NCBI GenBank assembly: GCA_964373285.1
Contig: CAYJTR010000001.1
Span: forward strand, 1-35,015
Reading direction: 5' to 3'
Length of the DNA stretch: 35,015 nucleotides
Origin: an uncultured Methanosarcinales archaeon
Lineage (GTDB): Archaea > Nanobdellota > Nanobdellia > Woesearchaeales > ARS49
Position numbers and translations under genes: made by a program. The notes under the pieces are model-generated. The model saw nothing but the letters and a program-made list of their open reading frames with translations. It ran no database searches and was not told where the DNA came from. Shown piece after piece: positions 1 to 7,129 of this stretch (its first letter is position 1; every line of letters begins with the position of its first letter).

Positions 1-71
1 AGCGTCAACAATAGTAAAAGTAATAATGGTGCGAACTGGTGGCAAAAGTCGAGCATTGCGAGACTCAGGAC

Positions 72-117
72 AGAGCCTGGGCCGCGGCTCTTGCGGGAAT
101 GTTTTCTGCTCTTTTTG
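72..117 (+). terminator. Possible terminator of an upstream + strand gene: 6-bp hairpin AGAGCC/GGCTCT followed by T-runs
   Basis: agagcc-tgggccgc-ggctct at 72-91, then gtttt (101-105) and cttttt (111-116). The upstream gene itself is not visible in the window. Confidence 0.3.
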
Positions 118-131
118 AATTTTTCCCCTCG

Positions 132-144
132 AAACATTTATATA
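132..144 (+). promoter_or_regulatory. BRE/TATA-like box aaacatttatata
   Basis: Matches the AAACATTTATA motif that recurs upstream of other genes here (1966, 18781, 32731). Lies 55 nt upstream of the ATG at 199. Confidence 0.45.
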
Positions 145-198
145 GTTCTCAACGCCCTGTTTCTTGCCATCGTTCATGTTTTTCGATAGAGGTGATTT

Positions 199-378
199 AT
201 GGCTGAAGATGTTCTTTTAAGGTTGGTCTTGTACCTGCTTGTTGGCACAATGGCTGCCATTGTGTATTCTTTGAGGGTTCTTGTGCTTTTGGATAGGAAG
301 ATTGAGCGTATTGAGGTTCATATTGAGAGGATGACTGGTTCTCTCGTCAGGAAAGGGGCGCGTTCCAGAAGGCGTTGA
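199..378 (+). CDS. Small hypothetical membrane protein (59 aa)
   Basis: ATG at 199 preceded by GAGGTGA (189-195). Product MAEDVLLRLVLYLLVGTMAAIVYSLRVLVLLDRK... has one hydrophobic helix and a basic tail. It falls just below the ORF-track length cutoff. Confidence 0.35.
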   Translation: MAEDVLLRLVLYLLVGTMAAIVYSLRVLVLLDRKIERIEVHIERMTGSLVRKGARSRRR

Positions 379-386
379 TTTTTATC

Positions 387-1289
387 ATGAAAACTATCAG
401 GAGTGTTTCAGCAAAGCTTTCAAATGTTCCTCTGCATTCTTGCAGGGAGTCCTTGGTTTTGCACTCTTTGAGGTCTTTTTCTAATTTTGTTAGGAGGGAT
501 TCCTCTAAAACTCTTGCTGTTCTTTCTGAAAATTGTCATAGTGCTGCTGATCTTTTGGTCGCGTCAAGGCATGGCGATCCTTTGTTTAGGAATCTTTACA
601 AAATTTTGTTGTCTGATGTTTTTTCTCAGCAGAGTGTTTCTAGGGCCAAAATAAAACTTTTGCTTAACATTCGTGAGGCAGAAGGTGAATTTCTTCGCTC
701 TATCGCAAAAATTTCTTCTCTTGTTGAGGGAAAAATTCCCCGGGGCGGCAATGTTTTCATAACTGGCGGGGACTTTATTATTAATAATTCTTTGATTTCT
801 TCTTTTAATAAAAAGAGGAAGTTTGGCGTTTTAATTTGCGAGGAGCGTTCAACTCTTTCTGGCAGGAAGTCTGCTGAAGTTTTGTCGAAGGCAGGATTGC
901 CCCTTAATTTTTATCCTGATAATTCTTTGTCTTACGCATTGTTTTCTGCCGATATTGTTTTTCTTAGAACTTTTGCTTTGACTGGTGATTTTGTTGTTGG
1001 TTCTCCCGGAGCTTTGCTTGTTGCAGAGATTTGTAATTCTAGGGGCATTCCTGTTTATGCTGTTGCTCCTGTTCTTTCTTATGATGATAATTCTTCGCTT
1101 GTTAAGTCTCTTCATAATGGTGTTCTCCCCGGTTTTTTTCCCGACCGTTTTAAGAATGTTGTTGTTCGATCTCCTGCTTTTGATTTCGTTCCAGGAGGAT
1201 TATTGACTGGCGTTATTACTGATATAGGAATTTTTCCTTTTGATGCTTTGTTTGATGAAGTTTCTAGGAGTGTTCCCGATATTTTTTAG
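387..1289 (+). CDS. eIF-2B alpha/beta/delta family protein (aIF-2B / ribose-1,5-bisphosphate isomerase-like)
   Basis: The C-terminal pattern ADIVFLRTFALTGDFVVGSPGALLVAEICNSRGIPVYAVAPVLSYDD matches the GAD...NKIGT...PvYV.AP..fD signature. A central segment GVLICEERSTLSGRKSAEVLSKAGLPLNFYPD matches V.ESRP..G...A..L...GI. The ATG at 387 is preferred over the TTG at 375. Confidence 0.65.
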   Translation: MKTIRSVSAKLSNVPLHSCRESLVLHSLRSFSNFVRRDSSKTLAVLSENCHSAADLLVASRHGDPLFRNLYKILLSDVFSQQSVSRAKIKLLLNIREAEGEFLRSIAKISSLVEGKIPRGGNVFITGGDFIINNSLISSFNKKRKFGVLICEERSTLSGRKSAEVLSKAGLPLNFYPDNSLSYALFSADIVFLRTFALTGDFVVGSPGALLVAEICNSRGIPVYAVAPVLSYDDNSSLVKSLHNGVLPGFFPDRFKNVVVRSPAFDFVPGGLLTGVITDIGIFPFDALFDEVSRSVPDIF

Positions 1290-1795
1290 GTGATTTGCAT
1301 TTCTTTTTTTAGTGTTAATATTTCTTTTTCAATAATTTCTATCTTTTTCTTGTTGTCATCTTCAGATAATATGTTTCCGCATTCTGGGCATTTGTATTCG
1401 AACTCTGTTGCTCTTTCGAAATCTAGTCTTATGCAGTTGTTTGAGCAGTTGTAATAGAATCCTTGGCGTTCTCTCATGAGTCTTTCTTCTAATTTTTGTA
1501 TTTTTTTCTTTTTCAGGTCGTGAAACAGGAATTTTGCTCTTTCCGGGTTGAACGTCCAGTAGTAAACGTACCACCCTTTGACCTTGTCTTTTTTTCTGTT
1601 GTATGTTACTAAGTTCGCGTTGTAAAGCTTATATAACAGGTTTCTTGTTGGATTTATCTCCATTTTTATGTTTTTGGCTATTAGAAATTCTGAAATATTG
1701 CTTTTTTTCTGTATGCTTCTGACTAGTTTTAGTACTTCTTCGCCGGCAACTTCCACTGCCACGTCTTCAACGATTTTTCTTGATATTTTCACCAT
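1286..1795 (-). CDS. tfe: Transcription factor E (TFE alpha, TFIIE-alpha homolog)
   Basis: N-terminal winged helix followed by GWYVYYWTFNPE, then a zinc ribbon (CSNNC...CPECG). Start taken at the ATG (MVKISRK) rather than the GTG at 1816. Its stop overlaps the stop of the convergent 387-1289 gene by 4 nt. Confidence 0.85.
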   Translation of the reverse strand: MVKISRKIVEDVAVEVAGEEVLKLVRSIQKKSNISEFLIAKNIKMEINPTRNLLYKLYNANLVTYNRKKDKVKGWYVYYWTFNPERAKFLFHDLKKKKIQKLEERLMRERQGFYYNCSNNCIRLDFERATEFEYKCPECGNILSEDDNKKKIEIIEKEILTLKKEMQIT

Positions 1796-1965
1796 ATAAA
1801 ACCGCGTCAAAACCACAACTGAATAAGTATAACTATCCGATAGTATTATTTATAAATCTTTCTTTTTTCGGTACTTTTTGATTTCTTGAACGGACAGGCA
1901 ACTAATATGCAACCATCACGACGACTAAATTTTCCTGCATTAATACACCATTATTTAATAGTAAT

Positions 1966-1977
1966 AAACATTTATAA
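1966..1977 (+). promoter_or_regulatory. BRE/TATA-like box aaacatttataa
   Basis: Lies 34 nt upstream of the ATG at 2011. GAGGTGG (2000-2006) could serve as a ribosome-binding site. Confidence 0.45.
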
Positions 1978-2010
1978 GCGCTCGAGAACCTCGCTTTGTG
2001 AGGTGGTTTG

Positions 2011-2505
2011 ATGAGCGGGTTGTTTAGTTTTTTCAGGAAAAAGTCTTCCGATGACTATTCTCTTCCTGAGCCTCCGGCTCCTCCTTCTGGTTCTCTTTCG
2101 TTAAAGAGTGATATTCCCAGCATTAGGGGTTCAGAAATTTCCAGTGTTGAGCCCAACGATTGGAATGTTGAGCCCCCCAAACCTCCGGTTTCTGAAGAAA
2201 GTTCTGCAACACCCATTTTCGCGGCAGAAAACACCTCAAACTCTCCCACCAGCCCTCCCGTCAGCAAGAAAAGTTCCCAAAAGCCCGTGGGCCCCATTTT
2301 CATAAGTATTAATGATTATCAAAGCATTATAGGTAATGTTAACAGCATGCAGTCTTTGCTTAACGAGGGGCACCAAAAGATAGACAATTTGGAGCATTTG
2401 AAAACCTCCGCTCAAAAAGAGCTTGATTCTTGGAAATCTAATCTTGAGGATATCGAGAGAAAATTAAATTATGCTGATAGTATTATCGCGAAGGCGGGAG
2501 TTTGA
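2011..2505 (+). CDS. Hypothetical protein: Pro/Ser-rich disordered N-terminus plus C-terminal coiled-coil module
   Basis: The C-terminal 70 aa (PIFISINDYQSIIGNV...LDSWKSNLEDIERKL) are paralogous to the next ORF. Codons are T/G-ending, as in other + strand genes. Confidence 0.6.
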   Translation: MSGLFSFFRKKSSDDYSLPEPPAPPSGSLSLKSDIPSIRGSEISSVEPNDWNVEPPKPPVSEESSATPIFAAENTSNSPTSPPVSKKSSQKPVGPIFISINDYQSIIGNVNSMQSLLNEGHQKIDNLEHLKTSAQKELDSWKSNLEDIERKLNYADSIIAKAGV

Positions 2506-2507
2506 TT

Positions 2508-2732
2508 ATGGAATCCAAACCTGTATTCATAAAGATTAACGAGTACAATGACATTCTTGACATTATAGCTTTGACTAAGAGCAAGCTTCAGCAGGCCCGG
2601 ACTCTTCATGACAGGCTTTCAAAACTTCATTCTCAGGAGGAGGAACACTTAAAACAATGGCAGGAAGAATTAGAAAACGTAGGGCGCAATCTGGAAGAGT
2701 TGGACAACACTCTGGCGAGGCCTCAGCAGTAG
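2508..2732 (+). CDS. Hypothetical small coiled-coil protein (74 aa), paralog of the C-terminus of 2011-2505
   Basis: PVFIKINEYNDILDII...LKQWQEELENVGRNL aligns with the preceding protein. GGGAG lies 7 nt upstream of the ATG at 2508. Confidence 0.6.
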   Translation: MESKPVFIKINEYNDILDIIALTKSKLQQARTLHDRLSKLHSQEEEHLKQWQEELENVGRNLEELDNTLARPQQ

Positions 2733-2746
2733 AGAGTCCTCTCTAC

Positions 2747-3067
2747 ATGTTTTTGGAGTCTCCTGTTGATTCCCGTAAGAAATTGTTGGAGACTGTGAAA
2801 ATAGTTATAAAAGCTTTGCAGGGGCGTCAGGACATTTTAAAGATTCTTGATGAGAAAGAAAGGGTGGGGTTTCAATTCTTGAAATCTTTGCAGGATTTAT
2901 CCGTTCTCACGAAAAAATTAGGTTTGAAACTTCCCAAGCAGGAATGGAAGCGCGCCGTGATCTCCAAGGTTGAACACTTGCCTTCTGATGCCCCTCCGGG
3001 TCAAAAACTTGACGTTTTAGAAAGGGAAATCGGCAAGATTGAGGAGAGAATAAGAGTTCTTGGTTAG
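2747..3067 (+). CDS. Hypothetical small helical/coiled-coil protein (106 aa)
   Basis: ATG at 2747, 15 nt after the stop of the previous gene. The product looks helical and heptad-like. The track start at 2657 would overlap the previous gene by 76 nt. Confidence 0.5.
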   Translation: MFLESPVDSRKKLLETVKIVIKALQGRQDILKILDEKERVGFQFLKSLQDLSVLTKKLGLKLPKQEWKRAVISKVEHLPSDAPPGQKLDVLEREIGKIEERIRVLG

Positions 3068-3145
3068 TTGATACCGCCGGGTTGAGTGTCTTCGGAACAG
3101 GCAACATTTCTTTTTTCATTGCCCTCCCGCCCCTTCAGCAATTCT

Positions 3146-4489
3146 TTACTCAACACTTACTTTTTGTCCTTCTGTTATTGGGTGCAGTGTTTTGCCTTTT
3201 TCGTAACCCATTTTTTCTGCTAGTTGTACGAATGCCTCTATTACTTTCTTGTTGCTGTGGGCTGGTATAACGTTTTTTGGTTTTAACAGGTGTATCATGT
3301 CTCTCATGTCTTCTCTTCCTCCGTGTCCTGATACGTGTATCCCTTTGAATATTCTTAATCCTTTTGCTCTTAATTTTTCTTCTAATTTTTCTCTTAGTGC
3401 AATGTTTACTTCTGTTGGTATTACGTTGCATGAGAATATTATGTGGTCTTCGTGGTGGAATGGGAATGGCAGCACCCCGTCGGCCATTTTTGATAGTACT
3501 GCTCTTGGTTCTCCTTGATGTCCTGTTGTTATCAGCAAATATTTATGTATTCCTTTATTTATTATTTTGCTTAATTCTTTTTTTGCCTGGCTTGAATATC
3601 TTACTATATATACGTCTTTGCCGAAGTGTGTTACTCCCGCGTTTTCTGCTGCTTGAATATATTTAGCCAGTGATCTTCCTATAAGCACCGGTTTTCTCCC
3701 TAATTTTTGTGCAAACTCTATTGCGCTTTTTATTCTTGCTATGTGCGATGAGAACGTTGTTACAAGAACTGCTCTGTTCTTATTGTCAACGTTTAGTAAT
3801 ACATCTCTCAGCATTTCTCTGGCTATCATTTCTGAAGCGGTTTTTCTTTCATCGTCTGCGTATAAAGTGTCTATTATAGCTACTTTCACTCCTTTTTCTG
3901 ATAATTTTTTCATCCCTTCATAATTTGGTTTTTGTCCTAGTATTGGATTGTTGTCGAGCTTGAAGTCGTTGGTGTACGCTATTATTCCTTCGGGTGTGTG
4001 CAGTGCCGCTATTACGCTTTGGGGTGTTGAGTGTGTTATTCCTAAAAATTCCAGCGTTACGTTTTCAGAAATTTTCATACTGCTGTTCGGGTGCATTGTT
4101 CTTATCTTATTGGGTATTTTTCTTTTCTGGTCTCTTAATATTTCTTTTATTACTTCTCCGGTGAAAGGCGTGCAGTATAATGGCACGTTGTATCTTTCCG
4201 CTATGTATGGTATCGCTCCTATGTGGTCTAGGTGTGCATGAGTTGTTATTATCGCTTTAACTTTTTTTCTTAGAGATTCTATCATTGTGTCGTCAGGTAT
4301 TGCCTTGGCTTTTCTTAGCTCTTCTGTTGTATGCTTTTTCAGCTCTGTCTCTTCTTCTTCGGTATATTTTATGTAGTTGGGCATGTGTAATCCCATATCG
4401 AAAAGGAACACTTCTTCACCAACTTTTACCGCAGTCATATTTCTTCCTACTTCTCCGTAGCCTCCCACTGCGCATATTTCTATTGACAT
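3146..4489 (-). CDS. rnj: Archaeal RNase J (beta-CASP metallo-beta-lactamase ribonuclease)
   Basis: N-terminus MSIEICAVGGYGEVGRNMTAVKVGEEVFLFDMG, motif HAHLDHIGAIPY (HxHxDH), about 447 aa with no KH domains. Confidence 0.85.
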   Translation of the reverse strand: MSIEICAVGGYGEVGRNMTAVKVGEEVFLFDMGLHMPNYIKYTEEEETELKKHTTEELRKAKAIPDDTMIESLRKKVKAIITTHAHLDHIGAIPYIAERYNVPLYCTPFTGEVIKEILRDQKRKIPNKIRTMHPNSSMKISENVTLEFLGITHSTPQSVIAALHTPEGIIAYTNDFKLDNNPILGQKPNYEGMKKLSEKGVKVAIIDTLYADDERKTASEMIAREMLRDVLLNVDNKNRAVLVTTFSSHIARIKSAIEFAQKLGRKPVLIGRSLAKYIQAAENAGVTHFGKDVYIVRYSSQAKKELSKIINKGIHKYLLITTGHQGEPRAVLSKMADGVLPFPFHHEDHIIFSCNVIPTEVNIALREKLEEKLRAKGLRIFKGIHVSGHGGREDMRDMIHLLKPKNVIPAHSNKKVIEAFVQLAEKMGYEKGKTLHPITEGQKVSVE

Positions 4490-4511
4490 TTTTTTTGCTC
4501 CGTTAACTTTC

Positions 4512-4519
4512 TTTTTAAT
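4512..4519 (-). promoter_or_regulatory. TATA-like box (ttaaaaag on the - strand) for rnj
   Basis: Lies 23-30 nt upstream of the rnj ATG (4489), consistent with a leaderless transcript. Confidence 0.4.
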
Positions 4520-4643
4520 GAATTGCTCATTGTCGTATGCTTTGTCGTGTGAATTTTTGCGAGAATATGCGTTGTTTTCGCACTAATGATCACTTTATTT
4601 CACTCCATACTTTATCGTTAACAGGTCTATCACTGAAAGAAGT

Positions 4644-4654
4644 GTTTATAAATG
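4644..4654 (+). promoter_or_regulatory. TATA box gtttataaatg for tRNA-Leu
   Basis: AT-rich box about 45-50 nt upstream of the mature tRNA 5' end, which would leave a short leader. Confidence 0.5.
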
Positions 4655-4696
4655 TGCGCTTTTATCCAATCTTTGGCGTCTTTTTGATTGTTGTTT

Positions 4697-4780
4697 GCAG
4701 GGATGCCGGAGTGGCCAAACGGGGCAGACTCAAGATCTGCTGGCTTAGTGCCTTCGCAGGTTCGAATCCTGCTCCCTGCA
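4697..4780 (+). tRNA. tRNA-Leu (anticodon CAA), class II with long variable arm, no encoded CCA
   Basis: Cloverleaf folded by hand. Acceptor GCAGGGA/TCCCTGC, D stem CCG/CGG, anticodon stem GCAGA/TCTGC with loop CTCAAGA. Variable arm GGC-TTAGT-GCC, T arm GCAGG-TTCGAAT-CCTGC, discriminator A. Confidence 0.9.
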
Positions 4781-4954
4781 TTTGTATTTTTGGGAGTGGG
4801 TTTGAGTTTTGAGTTGTGTTATACAGCAATTTAAGCCATTACCAATTAGAGTTATTACCCATCAAGGAATCTCTTATCAGGGGTTGAGCATTGCGAAATC
4901 CCTGGACGATTAAGGTTTTTGCATCAAACGGTTGCGAAGCAAGCGTTTGGTTTA

Positions 4955-4970
4955 AATCCTGCTCCCTGCA
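4955..4970 (+). repeat. Exact 16-nt copy of the tRNA-Leu 3' end (AATCCTGCTCCCTGCA), pseudo-copy 1
   Basis: Identical to 4765-4780. The extended form gtttggtttaaatcctgctccctgcattt is shared by all three pseudo-copies. The T stem is not conserved (TTTGG versus GCAGG). Confidence 0.9.
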
Positions 4971-5090
4971 TTTCTTTTTTTGTTTTGTCTTTGGTTTTTT
5001 TTTGTTGTTTTCTTTTTTTTTGGGGTTGTTTGTGTTCTTGTTGTTTTTTTTGTGGTTCTTGTTTTCTTTTTAGTGGTTGTTTTTTTTCTT
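4971..5090 (+). repeat. 120-nt G/T-only low-complexity tract (a single A, few C)
   Basis: tttctttttttgttttgtctttgg...gtggttgttttttttctt. The only A is at 5072. It is followed by a 9-bp hairpin GAGGGATTC/GAATCCCTC (5093-5120). Confidence 0.9.
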
Positions 5091-5172
5091 ATGAGGGATT
5101 CTCTTTTGTGTGAATCCCTCGACGATTTAAGGGTTTCTGGAGCAAACGGTTGCGTAGCAATTGTTTGGTTTA

Positions 5173-5188
5173 AATCCTGCTCCCTGCA
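5173..5188 (+). repeat. Exact 16-nt copy of the tRNA-Leu 3' end, pseudo-copy 2 (at the junction of the two 408-bp units)
   Basis: Identical to 4765-4780 and followed by the same downstream sequence as the genuine tRNA (tttgtatttttgggagtggg...). Confidence 0.9.
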
Positions 5189-5362
5189 TTTGTATTTTTG
5201 GGAGTGGGTTTGAGTTTTGAGTTGTGTTATACAGCAATTTAAGCCATTACCAATTAGAGTTATTACCCATCAAGGAATCTCTTATCAGGGGTTGAGCATT
5301 GCGAAATCCCTGGACGATTAAGGTTTTTGCATCAAACGGTTGCGAAGCAAGCGTTTGGTTTA

Positions 5363-5378
5363 AATCCTGCTCCCTGCA
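5363..5378 (+). repeat. Exact 16-nt copy of the tRNA-Leu 3' end, pseudo-copy 3
   Basis: Identical to 4955-4970, offset by 408 nt. Confidence 0.9.
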
Positions 5379-5498
5379 TTTCTTTTTTTGTTTTGTCTTT
5401 GGTTTTTTTTTGTTGTTTTCTTTTTTTTTGGGGTTGTTTGTGTTCTTGTTGTTTTTTTTGTGGTTCTTGTTTTCTTTTTAGTGGTTGTTTTTTTTCTT
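5379..5498 (+). repeat. Second copy of the 120-nt G/T-only tract
   Basis: Offset of 408 nt from 4971-5090. The hairpin copy lies at 5501-5528. Confidence 0.9.
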
Positions 5499-5618
5499 AT
5501 GAGGGATTCTCTTTTGTGTGAATCCCTCGACGATTTAAGGGTTTCTGGAGCAAACGGTTGCGTAGCAATTGTTTGGTCTGGATGGCTTCACTCCAACTCG
5601 ATACTCTGGAACAATAAA

Positions 5619-5627
5619 GTATAAAAA
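5619..5627 (+). promoter_or_regulatory. TATA box gtataaaaa for pcn
   Basis: Lies 36-44 nt upstream of the pcn ATG (5663). Confidence 0.45.
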
Positions 5628-5662
5628 CCGTTGTAGTATCCCTTTTTTCGGGGGTTTTCGTT

Positions 5663-6400
5663 ATGAGGTTGTCTCTTTCGGATGTTAGTTATTTGCGTGA
5701 TAGTATTGGTGTTATTTCTGAGCTTGTTTCCGAGGGCAGGTTTTCTATTACTAAGAATGGTGTTGAGCTTGTTGCTATGGATCCTGCTAATGTTGCAATG
5801 ATTATTTTTAAGCTTCTTCCTTCTTGTTTTTCTGAGTATAATGTTGATGACCCTCAGGTTGTTGGTTTGAACCTTTCTAATTTGAAGCAGGTTTTGAGGC
5901 GTGCGGGTCTTGGTGATTCTTTGTCTTTGGAAATTTTTGATGGTAAGATTCATATTACTTTGGATGGCGCTTCTAAGAGAACTTTTAGTCTTCCCATTAT
6001 TGCTGTTGATGAGAGGGAGCAGAAGATTCCTTCACTTTCTTTTCCTTCGAGCATCACTCTTCCTAGTAGTGTTTTGACTAATGCTATTGAGGATGCGGGT
6101 ATTGTTGCTGAGAGTGTTTTGTTTACTGTCGAACCCGGTTTTTTTACTTTGAGTGCTGAGGGCGATCTTAGCAAGGCGAGTATTCAGACTAGGGAGGGTG
6201 ATGGCACCGTTATTCTTTCTGATAGTAAGACTAGGGCTAAGTATGCTATCGAGTATTTGAAAAAGATGGTTCAGGGTTCTAAAATTTCTGATTCTGTTAC
6301 TATTCGTATTGATACTAATTACCCTTTGAAGCTCGAGTATAGGTCTATTGATAAGGTTTCTTTGGAATTTATTCTTGCTCCAAGGGTTGATGATGTATGA
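5663..6400 (+). CDS. pcn: DNA polymerase sliding clamp (PCNA)
   Basis: 245 aa. N-terminus LRDSIGVISELVSEGRFSITKNGVELVAMDPANVAMIIFKL and C-terminus YPLKLEYRSIDKVSLEFILAPRV are typical archaeal PCNA. Confidence 0.9.
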   Translation: MRLSLSDVSYLRDSIGVISELVSEGRFSITKNGVELVAMDPANVAMIIFKLLPSCFSEYNVDDPQVVGLNLSNLKQVLRRAGLGDSLSLEIFDGKIHITLDGASKRTFSLPIIAVDEREQKIPSLSFPSSITLPSSVLTNAIEDAGIVAESVLFTVEPGFFTLSAEGDLSKASIQTREGDGTVILSDSKTRAKYAIEYLKKMVQGSKISDSVTIRIDTNYPLKLEYRSIDKVSLEFILAPRVDDV

Positions 6401-7098
6401 ACTCTTTGTTTGTTCCCGTGATTGGCTATCATGATTCTGTAAGGGTTGATTCTTTGTTGAGGGAGAAATTTAAGCTTTCTGAATCTCAGCTTGTTGTTTA
6501 CGCCGGTCTTGCTGTTTCCCAGCTTGCTAAAAAAATGCTTGATGGTAAAAAGACTGTTTTGATTCTTGCCGGTCCCGGTAATAATGGCGCCGATGCTTTG
6601 TGCGCCGGGTGGAATTTGCATACTGCTGGTTGTTCAGTTTCTGTTTTTCTCGCCTGTGATTTTCCTTCAGTTGTTGGTTTGGAGTATAAAAATTTGTTAG
6701 AAACTGCAGGTATTGTTTTTCACTCTTTTACTGGTTTGGAGCCCGCTTTGGATTCTTGTGATATCGTTATTGATGGCCTTGTTGGTTATAATTTGCAGGG
6801 CAATCCTAGGGGTATTATTCATTCCGTTATAGAAATTGTTAATAAGAAGGATCGTTTTTTGTTGAGTATTGATGTTCCTACTGGTTATGAGCTTAGGACT
6901 GGCTTGTTGAGAACTCCTCACATTTCTTCCAGTGCTACTTTGTGTCTTGGTCTTGTTAAGGAGGGTTTGGATGAGAGTTTTGCTGGTGTTTTGTACGCCG
7001 GGTATATTGGTATTCCTCCTGCTTTGTATGGAGAGATTGGTGTAGATTTTGATTTTGAAAAGTTTGATGGTGTTGTTCAGACAGTTCCTAAAAATTAG
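6397..7098 (+). CDS. nnrE: NAD(P)H-hydrate epimerase (YjeF N-terminal domain)
   Basis: LILAGPGNNGADALCAGWNLHTAG matches the GPGNNGGDG motif, and DIVIDGLVGYNLQGNPRG matches D.ivDal.G.G. Its ATG overlaps the pcn stop (ATGA). Confidence 0.75.
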   Translation: MNSLFVPVIGYHDSVRVDSLLREKFKLSESQLVVYAGLAVSQLAKKMLDGKKTVLILAGPGNNGADALCAGWNLHTAGCSVSVFLACDFPSVVGLEYKNLLETAGIVFHSFTGLEPALDSCDIVIDGLVGYNLQGNPRGIIHSVIEIVNKKDRFLLSIDVPTGYELRTGLLRTPHISSSATLCLGLVKEGLDESFAGVLYAGYIGIPPALYGEIGVDFDFEKFDGVVQTVPKN

Positions 7099-7105
7099 TT
7101 AGCGC

Positions 7106-7111
7106 TTTTTT
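7106..7111 (+). terminator. T-run after nnrE (convergent with trm5)
   Basis: cgcttttttgttttctg lies 8 nt after the stop codon. Archaeal termination typically uses oligo-T. Confidence 0.4.
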
Positions 7112-7129
7112 GTTTTCTGTCTTGTTGTT

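Larger units (their letters stand above)
4765..5577. repeat. Tandem direct repeat, 2 copies of a 408-bp unit (4765-5172 and 5173-5577), starting inside the T loop of tRNA-Leu
   Basis: The two copies look identical by eye. The ORF track shows duplicated ORFs at 4891/5299, 4919/5327 and 4980/5388, the last pair diverging only at the right repeat boundary. Identity ends at 5577 (gtttggt|ctgg versus gtttggt|ttaa). Confidence 0.9.

Noticed and set aside
1-198. A partial gene at the left edge. Frame 1 is open to 189, frame 2 to 118, and a - strand ATG near 55 gives MLDFCHQFAPLLLLLL.
   Set aside because: No frame gives a recognisable protein, and frame 1 would read through the promoter of the next gene. 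There is too little sequence to support any call.
2657-2746. The N-terminal extension of the third coiled-coil ORF. The same issue arises with track starts 28250 for top6A, 26215 for rpl34e, 18772 for pelA and 32794 for the Cys-repeat protein.
   Set aside because: The extensions overlap upstream genes or promoters and translate to implausible R/L-rich peptides. Internal ATGs coincide with conserved N-termini and with the TATA spacing.
4585-4636. A C/D box sRNA candidate (aatgatca ... ctga, about 50 nt apart).
   Set aside because: The C box has a mismatch, no D' or C' boxes are present, the terminal stem is offset from the boxes, and the 3' end runs into the tRNA-Leu TATA box.
4897-5188. The tRNA-like tails as functional 3' halves of split or trans-spliced tRNA genes (Nanoarchaeum style).
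   Set aside because: The T stem cannot form in the copies (TTTGG versus the CCTGC partner gives only 3 of 5 pairs). No matching 5' half or complementary leader is visible in the window.
4765-5577. The repeat region as a possible CRISPR array.
   Set aside because: There are only two copies of a 408-bp unit. The internal sub-repeats are about 75 nt, irregularly spaced (190 and 218 nt), and derived from the tRNA. No cas genes are present.
4891-5624. Six ORFs of 60-78 aa occurring as three duplicated pairs (4891/5299, 4919/5327, 4980/5388).
   Set aside because: They are read-throughs of the tandem repeat and the G/T-only tract, giving F/L/C/V-only peptides. They have no start context and are duplicated only because the DNA is duplicated.
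4781-5662. A replication origin next to pcn, suggested by repeats plus an easily melted tract.
   Set aside because: The strand skew has the same polarity on both sides. No orc1/cdc6 gene is adjacent. The repeats lack the dyad-symmetric ORB core and are direct, tRNA-derived copies.
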